DNA of 64,000 nt from Pseudomonas aeruginosa PAO1 (GCF_000006765.1 NC_002516.2), one strand, 5' to 3'; positions 16,258 to 26,295 are shown, counted from the first letter of the stretch. Made by a program: numbers and translations. Notes: generated by a model not told the origin, from the letters alone.

Positions 16258-17400
16258 ATGACCCGACGTACCGCTTTCTTCTTCGACGAACTCTGCCTCT
16301 GGCACGCCGCCGGCCCGCACGCGCTGACCCTGCCGGTCGGCGGCTGGGTGCAACCGCCTGCCGCCGCCGGACACGCCGAATCACCGGAAACCAAGCGCCG
16401 GCTGAAAAGCCTGCTCGACGTGTCCGGCCTGACCGCCCGCCTGCAACTGCGCAGCGCACCGCCGGCGAGCGACGAGGACCTGCTGCGCGTGCATCCGGCG
16501 CACTATCTGGAACGCTTCAAGGCATTGAGCGACGCCGGCGGCGGCAGCCTCGGCCAGGACGCGCCGATCGGCCCGGGCAGCTACGAGATCGCCCGGCTCT
16601 CCGCCGGCCTGGCCATCGCCGCGCTGGACGCGGTGCTCGCCGGCGAGGCGGACAACGCCTACTCGCTGTCGCGGCCGCCAGGTCATCACTGCCTGCCGGA
16701 CCAGGCGATGGGCTTCTGTTTCTTCGCCAACATCGCCGTGGCCATCGAGGCGGCCAAGGCGCGCCACGGCGTCGAGCGGGTCGCGGTGCTGGACTGGGAC
16801 GTGCACCACGGCAACGGCACCCAGGCGATCTACTACCGGCGCGACGACGTGTTGAGCATTTCCCTGCACCAGGACGGCTGCTTCCCGCCTGGCTACAGCG
16901 GCGCCGAAGACATCGGCGAGGATCGCGGTCGTGGCTTCAACCTCAACGTGCCGCTGCTTCCCGGCGGCGGTCACGACGCCTACATGCAGGCCATGCAACG
17001 CATCGTGTTGCCGGCGCTGGAGCGCTTCCGCCCGCAATTGATCGTGGTCGCCAGTGGCTTCGACGCCAACGCGGTGGACCCGCTGGCACGCATGCAACTG
17101 CACAGCGACAGCTTCCGGGCGATGACCGCGATGGTCCGCGACGCGGCCGAGCGGCATGCCGGCGGACGCCTGGTGGTGGTCCACGAAGGCGGCTACTCGG
17201 AAGCCTACGTGCCGTTCTGCGGCTTGGCTGTGATCGAAGAACTCAGCGGCGTGCGCAGCGCGGTGCGCGACCCGCTGCGCGACTTCATCGAGTTGCAGCA
17301 GCCCAACGCGGCGTTCCGCGACTTCCAGCGCCAGCGCCTCGAAGAGCTGGCCGCACAGTTCGGCCTGTGCCCGGCGCAGCCGCTTCAAGCGGCCAGGTAG
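16258..17400 (+). CDS. Class II histone deacetylase-like amidohydrolase (HDAH)
   Basis: RPPGHH, GFCFF, DWDVHHGNGT, SGFD and EGGY motifs. Confidence 0.93.
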   Translation: MTRRTAFFFDELCLWHAAGPHALTLPVGGWVQPPAAAGHAESPETKRRLKSLLDVSGLTARLQLRSAPPASDEDLLRVHPAHYLERFKALSDAGGGSLGQDAPIGPGSYEIARLSAGLAIAALDAVLAGEADNAYSLSRPPGHHCLPDQAMGFCFFANIAVAIEAAKARHGVERVAVLDWDVHHGNGTQAIYYRRDDVLSISLHQDGCFPPGYSGAEDIGEDRGRGFNLNVPLLPGGGHDAYMQAMQRIVLPALERFRPQLIVVASGFDANAVDPLARMQLHSDSFRAMTAMVRDAAERHAGGRLVVVHEGGYSEAYVPFCGLAVIEELSGVRSAVRDPLRDFIELQQPNAAFRDFQRQRLEELAAQFGLCPAQPLQAAR

Positions 17401-18167
17401 CGCCCGACCAGCGCCAGGCCGCTGCACAGCACCAGCCAGGTGACCAGGCGGACGAAGGCTTCACGCGACAGACGCAGGGTCACCCGACGGCCGATCCACA
17501 GGCCCAGCGCCATGCCCGGCAGCAGGCAGGCGGCGAGCAGCCAGGGCTCGCGCGCGGCATACAGCCCGGCGAGCAGGAACAGCCCCAGGCGGACGAAGGT
17601 GCTACAACCGATCAGCGCGCTCTGGGTGGCACGCATCTGCTCCTTGCTCGCCAGGCGTCCGTTCAGGTACAGCGAATAAAGGAAGCCGCCGCTGCCGAAC
17701 AACGCGCCGAACAGCCCGCCGAAGACACCGAAGGGCAACGCCCAGGTCGCCCGCCAGCGCGGCTGGCCGCGTGGCTGGAGGAACAGCGCGTAGAGCGCAT
17801 AGAGACTGACGAACACGCCGAGGGCCAGCATCAGCAGCTCCGCGCGTAGCGCCAGAAGTCCGTACGCCCCGAGCGCACAGCCCAGCAGCATGCAGGGCAG
17901 CAGACGCTTGAGCTCAGTGACGGCGATCTGCCGCCGCGCCGGCAGCCAGTTGCCGAACGACGCGCTGAAATCCAGCAGGACCAGCAGCGGAATGATCTGC
18001 GACAGCGGCAGCACCCCGGCCAGCAACGGGCCGGCGACCAGCGCGGTGCCGAAGCCGGCGATGCCGAACACCACATAGGCGAGGACGATGGCCAGTTCGA
18101 CCAGCAGCCATTGCCATAGGCTGAACGGCAGGGCGGCGAACAGGACTGACGGATCGAGCGAGGACAT
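17385..18167 (-). CDS. TauE/SafE (sulfite exporter-family) membrane protein
   Basis: GIAGFGTALVAGP and FGGLFGALFGSGG repeats; overlaps the HDAH 3' end by 16 nt. Confidence 0.8.
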   Translation of the reverse strand: MSSLDPSVLFAALPFSLWQWLLVELAIVLAYVVFGIAGFGTALVAGPLLAGVLPLSQIIPLLVLLDFSASFGNWLPARRQIAVTELKRLLPCMLLGCALGAYGLLALRAELLMLALGVFVSLYALYALFLQPRGQPRWRATWALPFGVFGGLFGALFGSGGFLYSLYLNGRLASKEQMRATQSALIGCSTFVRLGLFLLAGLYAAREPWLLAACLLPGMALGLWIGRRVTLRLSREAFVRLVTWLVLCSGLALVGRYLAA

Positions 18168-18274
18168 GGCGACTCCCGGAACGACGACCTGCGCACTCTA
18201 GCGAGCGCAACGGCGCGCCAGCCAATACAATCCGAGCCCTGTAGCCATCTCGAAAAGGCATGGGGAATCTTCCG

Positions 18275-19183
18275 ATGATCTCTTTGCGGCAACTCCATTA
18301 CTTCGTCGAAATCGTCGAGTCCGGCGGCTTCAGCCGTGCCGCCGAACGCCTGTTCGTCGCCCAGTCGGCGCTCAGCCGGCAGGTGCGCGAACTGGAGGAC
18401 AGCATCGGCACCCCACTGCTCCGCCGCGGTCCGCGCCAGGTCGAGCTGACGCCGGCCGGTCGCGCCTTCCTGCCACGCGCGCAGCGCCTGCTCGGCGACC
18501 TGGAGGCCGCCCGGCGCCTGGCTCGCGAGGTCGGCGAAGGCGGCCATGGCCTGCTGCGCCTGGGGCACTCCAGCTCGGTGCCGCTGGTGGGCGGCCTGCA
18601 AGCGGCGCTGCGCGGCTACCTCGCGGTGCAGAGCGGCGTCCGCCTGGAACTGACCCAGCAATCCTCCGAGCAGCAACTCGCCGATCTCGCCGAAGGACGC
18701 CTGGACCTTGGCCTGCTGCGCCTGCCGGTGCTGCGCCAGCATCCCCGGCTGCACCTCCGCGCCCTGTACCGCGAGCCGTTGCTCCTGGCTCTCGCCGCCG
18801 ACCATCCGCTGGCCCGCCGTGAAGCCCCCGTGGCCTTGGCCGCCCTGGCCGGAGAAACCTTCGTCTCCATTCCCCACCTGCAACGCGGCGGCCTCAGCTA
18901 TCGCGCCGCCGAACTCTGCCTCGGCGCCGGTTTCTACCCACGCCCGGCGCGCGCGCTGTCGCGCAAGACCAGCCAGTTGCAACTAATCGAGGCCGGCTTC
19001 GGCGTCGCCCTGGTGCCCGCCTCGATGCGCGCCATCGCACCGCCCGCCGTGAGCTTCATGTCTCTGGCCGAGGCCGAGGCATACAGCGAGGTGGCGCTGG
19101 CCTGGCGACGCGACGATAGCCCCCTGGTGGAAGGCTTCGTCGAATATTTCCTGGAGAATCTGCCGAACGAAGCCAAGGATTGA
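18275..19183 (+). CDS. LysR-family regulator, divergent from the TauE gene
   Basis: LRQLHYF...FSRAAERLFVAQSALSRQVRELE HTH. Confidence 0.92.
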   Translation: MISLRQLHYFVEIVESGGFSRAAERLFVAQSALSRQVRELEDSIGTPLLRRGPRQVELTPAGRAFLPRAQRLLGDLEAARRLAREVGEGGHGLLRLGHSSSVPLVGGLQAALRGYLAVQSGVRLELTQQSSEQQLADLAEGRLDLGLLRLPVLRQHPRLHLRALYREPLLLALAADHPLARREAPVALAALAGETFVSIPHLQRGGLSYRAAELCLGAGFYPRPARALSRKTSQLQLIEAGFGVALVPASMRAIAPPAVSFMSLAEAEAYSEVALAWRRDDSPLVEGFVEYFLENLPNEAKD

Positions 19184-19219
19184 TCGCACATCCCGGTGCG
19201 CCGCCTTATCATGCCGCCC

Positions 19220-20599
19220 ATGCGTAACGATCCCTTCCAACGGCTCGGCCTCGATCGCGAGGTGCTGACCGTCAGCCAACTGAACCAGCGCGCCCGCCTG
19301 CTGCTGGAAGACGTGTTCCCGCAGGTCTGGGTCGAGGGCGAGCTGTCCAACCTCGCCCGGCCGGCCTCCGGCCATGTCTACTTCACCCTCAAGGACAGCA
19401 ACGCGCAGATCCGCTGCGCGCTGTTCCGGCAGAACGCCCTGCGCGTACGCCAGGCCTTGCGCGACGGGCTGGCGGTAAAGGTGCGCGGGAAGATCTCGCT
19501 GTTCGAGGGACGCGGCGACTACCAGTTGATCGCCGATACCGTCGAGCCGGCCGGCGACGGCGCCCTGCGCCTGGCCTTCGAGGCATTGAAGGAAAAACTC
19601 GCCGGCGAAGGCCTGTTCGCCAGCGAACGCAAGCGTCCGCTGCCCGCCCATCCGCGCCGCATCGGTATCGTCAGTTCGCCCAGCGGGGCGGTGATCCGCG
19701 ACATCATCAGCGTGTTTCGCCGCCGCGCACCGCAGGTCGAGCTGACCCTGGTGCCCACCGCAGTGCAGGGCCGCGAGGCCGTCGCACAGATCGTCCGCGC
19801 GCTGCAACTGGCCGACCGGCAAGGCTTCGACGCGCTGATCCTGGCCCGTGGCGGCGGTTCCCTGGAAGACCTCTGGTGCTTCAACGAAGAAGCGGTGGCG
19901 CGCGCCGTGGCGGCCTGCGCCACGCCAATCGTCAGCGCGGTCGGCCACGAGACCGACGTATCGATCAGCGACTTCGTCGCCGACGTGCGCGCGCCGACGC
20001 CTTCGGCCGCCGCCGAACTGCTGGCGCCCAACGCCGGCGACCTGCAGCAGCGTCTCGACGGCCTGCGCCGGCGCCTGGTGCTGCGCATGCGCGACCAGTT
20101 GCTGCGCGAACGCCTGCGCCTGGAAGGCGTCGCCCGCCGCCTGCGCCATCCCGGCGAACGCCTGCGCCAGCAGGCGCAGCGCCTGGACGACCTGGACATG
20201 CGCCTGCGCCGTGCCTTCGAGCGCCAGCTGGCGGTCCGCCACGAACGTCTGGTCCGCCTGGAGACACGTCTCGCCGCACAGCATCCGGGCCGCACCCTGG
20301 CGCTGCTCCGGCAGAAGCTCGACAGCCTCGCCGCGCGCCTGCCGCGCGCCGCCCGTGAGGTACTGAAGGATCGTCGTCAGCGCCTCGAAGGACTGGCGCA
20401 GACGCTCAACGTGGTCAGCCCGCTGGCGACCCTGGGCCGCGGCTACAGCATCCTCCTCGACGAGCGTGGCCGGGCGATCCGCGATGCCGGCCAGACCCAG
20501 CCGGGACAGCGCCTGAAGGCGCGCCTGGCGGAAGGCGAACTGGAGGTGCGGGTCGAGGACAACCACCGGACGCCGGTGACCCTGTCGCTGCTGGACTGA
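19220..20599 (+). CDS. xseA: Exodeoxyribonuclease VII large subunit
   Basis: VWVEGELSN..SGHVYFTLKD, ARGGGSLEDLW and SAVGHETD. Confidence 0.97.
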   Translation: MRNDPFQRLGLDREVLTVSQLNQRARLLLEDVFPQVWVEGELSNLARPASGHVYFTLKDSNAQIRCALFRQNALRVRQALRDGLAVKVRGKISLFEGRGDYQLIADTVEPAGDGALRLAFEALKEKLAGEGLFASERKRPLPAHPRRIGIVSSPSGAVIRDIISVFRRRAPQVELTLVPTAVQGREAVAQIVRALQLADRQGFDALILARGGGSLEDLWCFNEEAVARAVAACATPIVSAVGHETDVSISDFVADVRAPTPSAAAELLAPNAGDLQQRLDGLRRRLVLRMRDQLLRERLRLEGVARRLRHPGERLRQQAQRLDDLDMRLRRAFERQLAVRHERLVRLETRLAAQHPGRTLALLRQKLDSLAARLPRAAREVLKDRRQRLEGLAQTLNVVSPLATLGRGYSILLDERGRAIRDAGQTQPGQRLKARLAEGELEVRVEDNHRTPVTLSLLD

Positions 20600-20605
20600 G
20601 CCGCG

Positions 20606-21541
20606 ATGATCCGCCTCAGCCAGCGCGCCCTGGCCTACCTCAACGAGGTGATCCACCACGGTTCTCTTCGCCGCGCCGCCCAGCACCTGAACATCGACCC
20701 CTCGGCCATCAGCCGGCAGCTCGCCAGCCTGGAGGAACATCTCGGCGTGCGCCTCCTGCAACGCACCCCGCAAGGCGTGGCGCCTACCGAGGCCGGCGAG
20801 CTGCTGGTGGCGCACTACCGCCAGCAACGGGCCAACGAAGAGGGCGTGCTGTCGCGTCTGTCGGCCCTGCAGGGGCTGCGCCAGGGCAAGGTGCGCCTGG
20901 CGGTCGGCGAGGGCTTCATCGCCGACCTGATCTCCCAGCCATTGCAGAGTTTCATCCTGCGCTACCCCGGCATCGAGCTGGAGGTCCGCATGGCCGGGGC
21001 CAACGAAGGCGTGGCGCTGGTCAAGGAAGACGCCGTCGACCTGGCCCTGGTCTACGCCCCGGTCGAGGACGGCGAGTTGGACGTGCACGTCGACACCCGC
21101 CAGCCCCTCGACCTGATCATCCCCGCCAACCATGCCCTCGCCGGACACCGCGGCGCGGTGCCGATGCGCGCGCTGCGCAACGAGTCGCTGGCGTTGATCC
21201 ACAACAGCACCGGCATGGGCCAACTGGCGGTGATCGCCGCCCAACTGGAGCGCATCGAGCTAAGGCCGAAGCTGCGCACCAACTCGGTGGCGGTGCTGAC
21301 CAATTTCGTCAAGTCCGGCATCGGCGTGGCCTTCATGCCGGAGTTGACGGTCAGCCACGAGATCGAGGCCGGGCATATCCGTTGCCTGCCGCTGGCCCAC
21401 CCGGCGCTGCGCGACGCCCGCGCGCGGATCGTCAGCCACAAGGGCCGCGAGCTGACCGTGGCGGCGATCGCCTGCCTGGAACACCTGCGCCGCGGCATGC
21501 GCTTCTTCAGTGGCGACGCGCCCGGGCTCTCGCAGCGCTGA
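20606..21541 (+). CDS. LysR-family regulator
   Basis: SLRRAAQHLNIDPSAISRQLASLE HTH; begins 6 nt after the xseA stop. Confidence 0.9.
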   Translation: MIRLSQRALAYLNEVIHHGSLRRAAQHLNIDPSAISRQLASLEEHLGVRLLQRTPQGVAPTEAGELLVAHYRQQRANEEGVLSRLSALQGLRQGKVRLAVGEGFIADLISQPLQSFILRYPGIELEVRMAGANEGVALVKEDAVDLALVYAPVEDGELDVHVDTRQPLDLIIPANHALAGHRGAVPMRALRNESLALIHNSTGMGQLAVIAAQLERIELRPKLRTNSVAVLTNFVKSGIGVAFMPELTVSHEIEAGHIRCLPLAHPALRDARARIVSHKGRELTVAAIACLEHLRRGMRFFSGDAPGLSQR

Positions 21542-21546
21542 GGCGT

Positions 21547-21559
21547 TGCCTTTTTCGCA
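21547..21559. promoter_or_regulatory. Possible LysR box (T-N11-A) upstream of the TRAP operon
   Basis: TGCCTTTTTCGCA: T-N11-A with a TGC/GCA dyad. A short motif that could be chance. Confidence 0.3.
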
Positions 21560-21692
21560 TCACGTCCGGACTTGAATAGTCAACGAGACAACGGCTAGCG
21601 TTGCTTCGCTTTCGTGCGAGCACCCGGCCCCGCGCCCCGACAAGAAGTGCCGCCGATCCCTCGACCGTTCGGACTGCCATAAGGAAAACAAC

Positions 21693-22733
21693 ATGCACAC
21701 GAATCCGCGCCGCGGCCTCGCCCGCCGCTTCGCCGCCGGACTGCTGGCCGCCGCCCTGGGCCTGGGCGGCAGCCTCGCCCAGGCCGCCACCACCCTCAAC
21801 CTGAGCTATAACGGCGCCGCCGACAGCGAGAAGAACCTGGTGCACCTGTTCGCCAGCAACCTCAAGCGCCTGGCCGAGGAAAAGAGCGGCGGCGAACTGC
21901 AGTTCAAGCTCTACCCCAACAGCATGCTCGGCGAAGAGGAACAGCGCATGGAACAGGTGATGACCGGCCCCGGCCTGAACATCGCCTCCTTCGCCGGGAT
22001 CGCCCCGCTGTTCCCGGAGATCTACGTCAGCGCCACGCCCTTCATGTTCAAGGACGCCGCCGCGGCCCACGCCTTCTTCGACAGCGGCAGCTACTGGCAG
22101 GCCGCCCGCGAGGCCTTCCGCGAGCGCACCGGCACCGAGCTGCTGGCGGTGGTCGAGGAAGGCGGCTTCCTCAACTTCACCAACGGCAAGAAGCCGATCC
22201 ACGGCCCGGCGGACTTCCAGGGCCTGCGCTTCCGCGCCATGGATCCCAGCCAGGTGGCGCTCTACGAAGCCTTCGGCGCCTCCGGCACGCCGATCCCCTG
22301 GACCGAGTTGTACATGGGCCTGCGCACCGGCGTCGCCGACGGCCAGATGAACCCGACCTCCTACATCATCCTCGGCAGCCTCTACCAGGTGCAGAAGTAC
22401 CTGACCCTGGCCAACATCCAGTACTCCGACCAGTTCCTGGTGGCCAACGGCGATCTGCTCGCCAGCCTCCCGGCAAAGGAGCGCCAGGCCCTGCTCGACG
22501 CCGCCGCCGAAGCCTCCCGGCTGAACCGCGAGGCGGTCGCTGCCCAGCAGGAGCGCGACCTGGCGTTCCTCAAGGAAAAGGGCATGCAGATCATCCAGCC
22601 GTCCGCCGATGACCTCGCCGCCTTCCGCGAGAAAGGCCAGCCGTCCTACCTGGCCTGGCTGAAGACCCAGGACATCGAGCCGCGCTGGACCGAGATGGCC
22701 TTCCGCGACGCCGGTCTCGCCACCGCCCCCTGA
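21693..22733 (+). CDS. TRAP transporter substrate-binding protein (DctP family)
   Basis: Signal peptide; KLYPNSMLG, DFQGLRFRAM and ELYMGLRTGVADGQMNP. Confidence 0.9.
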   Translation: MHTNPRRGLARRFAAGLLAAALGLGGSLAQAATTLNLSYNGAADSEKNLVHLFASNLKRLAEEKSGGELQFKLYPNSMLGEEEQRMEQVMTGPGLNIASFAGIAPLFPEIYVSATPFMFKDAAAAHAFFDSGSYWQAAREAFRERTGTELLAVVEEGGFLNFTNGKKPIHGPADFQGLRFRAMDPSQVALYEAFGASGTPIPWTELYMGLRTGVADGQMNPTSYIILGSLYQVQKYLTLANIQYSDQFLVANGDLLASLPAKERQALLDAAAEASRLNREAVAAQQERDLAFLKEKGMQIIQPSADDLAAFREKGQPSYLAWLKTQDIEPRWTEMAFRDAGLATAP

Positions 22734-22807
22734 CCTTCGCGCGTTGCCCCCCCGACGGCCGCTGCCGTCGGCCGGGCGCGCCTGTCCGACTTTCCGGAGT
22801 ACCTCCC

Positions 22808-23302
22808 ATGCCGTCATTGCTCAAGGGCATGCGCGCCGCGTTGCTGAACCTCGCCACGCTGCTGTTGCTGCTCGACCTGGTCCTGCTCATCTACGGCGTG
22901 TTCGCCCGCTACCTGCTCGGCAGCTCGCCGATCTGGATGGACGAACTGGCCCGCTACCTCATCATCGGCGCAGTAATGCTGGCGCTCGGCGCGGTATGGA
23001 TGGAAGGCGGGCACATGCGCGTCAACCTGCTGGAACAACGCCTGTCGCCGCGCCTGGCGCAGGCCCTCAGGCTCTACCAGTGGCTGCTGGCGCTGGCCTT
23101 CTTCGCCTTCGCCGCCTGGGTCAGCACCCGCTACGCGCTGAACGCCGGGCGCTTCCGCAGCCTCGGCCTGGGCGTCAGCCGCACCTGGCCGTTGCTCAGC
23201 CTGCCGCTCGGCTTCGGCCTGCTGACCCTCATGCTGTTGCTCCAGGGGCCCTGGCCGCGGCAGCCGGCCAGCACCACCGTCGAGGGAGGGTCGCAGGCAT
23301 GA
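22808..23302 (+). CDS. TRAP transporter small permease (DctQ)
   Basis: 4 TM segments; WMDELARYL and GGHMRVNLL. Confidence 0.88.
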   Translation: MPSLLKGMRAALLNLATLLLLLDLVLLIYGVFARYLLGSSPIWMDELARYLIIGAVMLALGAVWMEGGHMRVNLLEQRLSPRLAQALRLYQWLLALAFFAFAAWVSTRYALNAGRFRSLGLGVSRTWPLLSLPLGFGLLTLMLLLQGPWPRQPASTTVEGGSQA

Positions 23303-24579
23303 TGGCCATCGCCATGATCGCAGCCTTCGTGGTCAACCTCCTGCTCGGCCTGCCGCTGTTCCTCTGCCTGCTGCTCACCGCGCTGGTGGGGTTCCTCTTC
23401 GTCGACCCGGCGCTGTTCGCCAACACCCTGCCGCAGCGCTTCTTCGGCGGCATGGACATCTTCTCGCTGATGGCGATCCCGCTGTTCGTGCTGGCCGGCA
23501 ACCTGATGAACCATTCCGGCATGACCCCGCGCCTGATGCGCCTGGCCAACGCCCTGGTCGGCCACTTCCGCGGCGGCCTCGGCCACGTCAACGTGGTCGC
23601 CGGGGTGTTCTTCGCCGGGGTCAACGGGTCCGCCGCGGCCGACGCTTCGGCACTCAGCACCCTGCTGGTGCCGGCCATGGAAAAGGAAGGCTACTCGCGG
23701 CGCTTCGCCGCCGGGCTGACCGCGGGCAGCTCGCTGATCGGTCCGATCATCCCGCCGAGCATCTTCATGATCCTCTACTCCTCGCTGACCAACACCTCGG
23801 TGGGCGAGCTGTTCCTCGCCGGGGTGATTCCCGGCCTGCTGCTGGCCGCCGCCTTCATGCTGCTGAACGCGGTGTACGCCTACCGCAACGGGCTGCAGGC
23901 GCGCCATGCGGCTCCGGCCTGGGGCGAGATCCTGGCGGCGCTGTCCGGCGCCCTGACCGCGCTGATCGCGCCGGTGATCATCGTCGCCGGAATCGTCCTG
24001 GGACTGGTCACGCCCACCGAGTCGGGCGCCCTGATCGCTCTCTACGTGGCGCTGGTCGGTATGCTCCAGCGCCAACTGAACCTGGTCGGGCTGTGGAACT
24101 CGCTGCGCGAGACGGTACGCCTGACCGCCAGCATCTACGTGATCATCGCCGCCGCTTCGGTGGTCAACTGGTTGCTCAACTACGCCCAGGTCGCCAGCGA
24201 GTTCGCCCAGTTGCTGGAGCCGTTCGGCCACTCGCCGACCCTGATGCTGTTCATCATCAGCGCAGTGATCTTCGTCTGCGGCATGCTCATGGAAGAAGTC
24301 TCGGTACTGATGCTGCTGACGCCGATAGTCGCTCCGGTGGCGCTGGCCGCCGGCGTGGATCCGGTGCACCTGGGGCTGATCTTCACCCTGAACATCACCA
24401 TCGCCCTGATCACCCCGCCAATGGGCGCCTGCCTGTTCATCGTGGCGACCATCAGCCGCCTCGATATCCTGGAAATGTTCAAGGGTATCTGGCCGTTCAT
24501 CCTCGTGGCCCTGGGGGTGCTGTCGCTGCTGATCCTGTTCCCGTCCCTGACCCTGTGGCTGCCACGCCTGCTCAATTGA
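23299..24579 (+). CDS. TRAP transporter large permease (DctM)
   Basis: AIPLFVLAGNLM, GPIIPPSI, TPTESG and ITPPMG; ATGA overlap with dctQ. Confidence 0.92.
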   Translation: MMAIAMIAAFVVNLLLGLPLFLCLLLTALVGFLFVDPALFANTLPQRFFGGMDIFSLMAIPLFVLAGNLMNHSGMTPRLMRLANALVGHFRGGLGHVNVVAGVFFAGVNGSAAADASALSTLLVPAMEKEGYSRRFAAGLTAGSSLIGPIIPPSIFMILYSSLTNTSVGELFLAGVIPGLLLAAAFMLLNAVYAYRNGLQARHAAPAWGEILAALSGALTALIAPVIIVAGIVLGLVTPTESGALIALYVALVGMLQRQLNLVGLWNSLRETVRLTASIYVIIAAASVVNWLLNYAQVASEFAQLLEPFGHSPTLMLFIISAVIFVCGMLMEEVSVLMLLTPIVAPVALAAGVDPVHLGLIFTLNITIALITPPMGACLFIVATISRLDILEMFKGIWPFILVALGVLSLLILFPSLTLWLPRLLN

Positions 24580-24583
24580 CGCC

Positions 24584-25345
24584 ATGACCGACTTCACCCA
24601 AGCCATCCCCGTTCTCCCGGAGCCCGACTGGCACGCCGTGGCCGGCATCCCCATCGTCGATGCCGGCACGCCGCTGGAGGCGCTCGGGCTGAGCCGCGAG
24701 TTCAGCGTCTGGCCGGCCTACCACAAGCTCGGCATTCCTCACGCGATCCCGGAGTGCCACGCTCGCGGCGAGGTCTTCGAGCGTCTCCTGCGGGTCGCCG
24801 CCGCCCTCCCCGGCGGCGTGCGCCTGGTGGTGCTGGACGCCTGGCGGCCGTTCGCCGTGCAGCAGTATCTCTACGACAGCCTGTCCAGCGCCCTGGCCGC
24901 GCACTACCCACGGGCCGGCGAGGCCGAGCTGGAACGGCTCACCCGCCAGTTCGTCTCGCCGCCGAGCAGCAGCCGCGAGGCGCCCAGCCCGCATCTCACC
25001 GGCGGCGCGGTGGACGTCACCCTGTGCGACGCCCAGGGCCGCTGGCTGGACATGGGCAGCGCCTTCGACGAAGCTGTGCCGGCCTCCTACACCGCCTACT
25101 TCGAACGCCTGGCGGAGCCCGACACGCGCCAGCGACGCGTCCGCGATCACCGTCGTCTGCTCTATCACGCGATGCTCGACGCCGGTTTCAGCAACCTGCC
25201 CAGCGAATGGTGGCACTACGATTTCGGCGACCAGCTCTGGGCCTGGCACACCGGCGCGACGCAGGCGCTGTTCGGCCCGGTGCAGTTGCAGGCGATGGAC
25301 GCGCTCTGGCGCCAGCAGTTGCAGAAGCGCCCTCCGGCGGACTAG
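24584..25345 (+). CDS. M15D (VanX/DdpX-like) D-Ala-D-Ala dipeptidase-family metallopeptidase
   Basis: LDAWRP, SPHLTGGAVD and EWWHYD zinc motifs; no signal peptide visible. Confidence 0.82.
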   Translation: MTDFTQAIPVLPEPDWHAVAGIPIVDAGTPLEALGLSREFSVWPAYHKLGIPHAIPECHARGEVFERLLRVAAALPGGVRLVVLDAWRPFAVQQYLYDSLSSALAAHYPRAGEAELERLTRQFVSPPSSSREAPSPHLTGGAVDVTLCDAQGRWLDMGSAFDEAVPASYTAYFERLAEPDTRQRRVRDHRRLLYHAMLDAGFSNLPSEWWHYDFGDQLWAWHTGATQALFGPVQLQAMDALWRQQLQKRPPAD

Positions 25346-26295
25346 GAGGCGAAGGCGCGCCGGTAGCCCAGCGGCGGCAGGCCGAACGCGGCGGAGAACT
25401 GCTGGCGCAACGACACCGCCGAACCGAAGCCGGCCAGCCCGGCGATCGCCTGCACCGAATGCTCGGTGGTTTCCAGCAGGCGCTGGGCCAGGGCCAGGCG
25501 TTCGGCCTGCAGCCACTGGCTGACGGTGGTGCCGGTGAGCTGGCGGAAATGCCGGGTGAAGGTCCGCCGGCTCATCAGCACCCGCTGTGCCAGGCTGTCC
25601 AGGCTGTGCGCCTGGTCGAGGTTCTGCCGCAGCCACACCAGCAGCTCGCCGAGACGGCCGTCCTGGGCACTGTCCGGCAGCGGCTGCTCGATGAACTGGG
25701 CCTGGCCGCCCTGTCGATGAGGCGCCACCACCAGGCGCCGGGCCAGGTGATTGGTAGTCTGCGCACCGAGCCGCTGGCGGACCAGGTGCAGACAGCAGTC
25801 GATGCCGGCGACGGTGCCTGCCGAGGTCAGCAGGCCGTCGTCCTCGATGTACAGCACGTCGGGCTCCACCCGCACCGCAGGGAAGCGCCCGGCGAAATCC
25901 TCCGCCCACATCCAGTGGGTGGTGGCGCGGCGACCGTCGAGCAACCCGGCCTCGGCCAGCACGAAGGCCCCCAGGCACAAGCCCACCAGTTGCGCACCGC
26001 GTGCACGGGCCGCGATCAACGCATCCAGCAGCGCTTGTGGCGGACGCTCGTGTGGATCGCGCCAGCTCGGCACGATCACGGTCTGCGCCTCGGCCAGCGC
26101 TTCCAGCCCGGCCTCGGCCTCGATGGTGAACCCCACCGTGGTTCGCAGCCGGCCCGGCTCGGCGGTGCAGACACGCAGGTCGAAGGCCTGCGCGCAGGGG
26201 TCGTAGCACTCCTGGCCGAACACCAGGCAGGGCACCGACAGGTGGAACGGACTGATGCGGTCGAAGGCCACCACGGCCACGGACTGGCGGGACAT
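25342..26295 (-). CDS. AraC-family regulator with DJ-1/PfpI domain (GlxA/FtrA type)
   Basis: GLCLGAFVLAEAGLLDGRRATTHW, TSAG..AGID and RQGGQAQF, plus the AraC HTH. Confidence 0.92.
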   Translation of the reverse strand: MSRQSVAVVAFDRISPFHLSVPCLVFGQECYDPCAQAFDLRVCTAEPGRLRTTVGFTIEAEAGLEALAEAQTVIVPSWRDPHERPPQALLDALIAARARGAQLVGLCLGAFVLAEAGLLDGRRATTHWMWAEDFAGRFPAVRVEPDVLYIEDDGLLTSAGTVAGIDCCLHLVRQRLGAQTTNHLARRLVVAPHRQGGQAQFIEQPLPDSAQDGRLGELLVWLRQNLDQAHSLDSLAQRVLMSRRTFTRHFRQLTGTTVSQWLQAERLALAQRLLETTEHSVQAIAGLAGFGSAVSLRQQFSAAFGLPPLGYRRAFAS

